Made by a program: the position numbers and the translations under genes. A DNA stretch of 59,599 nucleotides from NCBI GenBank assembly GCA_043720065.1, contig JAYSTF010000130.1:1-59599 (forward strand). Direction: 5' to 3'. Below the pieces are notes generated by a model that saw nothing but the letters and a program-made list of their open reading frames with translations, was not told the DNA's origin and ran no database searches. Of this stretch, positions 59,299 through 59,599 are shown piece after piece. Numbering within the stretch: the first letter of the stretch is position 1; the number at the start of each line of letters is the position of its first letter. Source of the stretch: Pseudobdellovibrionaceae bacterium. Lineage in GTDB: Bacteria > Bdellovibrionota > Bdellovibrionia > Bdellovibrionales > UBA1609.

Positions 59299-59599
59299 GA
59301 GCACCAACCCCTTCATTTGTGAAATGTTGGCAACTTGTTTGTCCTGACTTGATGATTCCTTAATTTGTCAGAACCGACTTCTATTCGGAATTTTTTTGTC
59401 TTTCAAATGTGAACCCACAGACAAATTTTGGATTTGCCTGGGACGACTCCGGCGAAACAAAAATCACTTTCAACAAAATTGAAATGCCACCGCCGCAGCA
59501 AAAAAAATCCTTGAATCAATCGATCAAAGGGTTCAATCCCCTACAGTCCGATGAACCCGAAAACCGCTAGATACATGTTCTTTCAACCTGCTAAGATGA

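Noticed and set aside
59525..59545. tRNA T-arm-like GGGTTCAATCCCC
   Set aside because: Only a 4-bp stem and no cloverleaf upstream.
1..59599. CRISPR array or cas genes
   Set aside because: No regularly spaced direct repeats with unique spacers and no Cas motifs seen.

Overview
Chromosomal window from a probable Bdellovibrionota/Oligoflexia (predatory) bacterium; the taxonomy is inferred from gene content only. Positions 1-14.8 kb hold housekeeping and envelope genes: a WecB-like fragment, gmd, a ColD-like dehydratase, a TMTC-like glycosyltransferase, an M17 peptidase, an FKBP, a porin/FMN-binding/ApbE flavinylation module and a USP. An Agl-Glt-type gliding locus (TolQ/TolR motor at 14.9-16.6 kb; TPR/GltG/OM-barrel/VWA genes at 24.7-33.1 kb) is split by an 8-kb tract of unrelated secreted-protein genes. 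That tract is punctuated by two intact and one broken copy of a DUF222-like HNH endonuclease. From about 40 kb there is a second variable region: small secreted proteins, two Fic genes, a cis/trans fatty-acid isomerase, a type II TA pair plus a partial duplicate, integrase and recombinase remnants, and AbiEi/AbiEii. The most unusual signal is non-coding: a family of about 330-bp nested-inverted-repeat elements whose ends carry the palindrome GCGACGTCGC. Exact or degenerate versions of that palindrome also lie beside each HNH copy, suggesting an HNH-associated mobile or structured-RNA system (inference). I found no CRISPR array, rRNA or tRNA. All calls rest on motifs read by eye; no searches were run.
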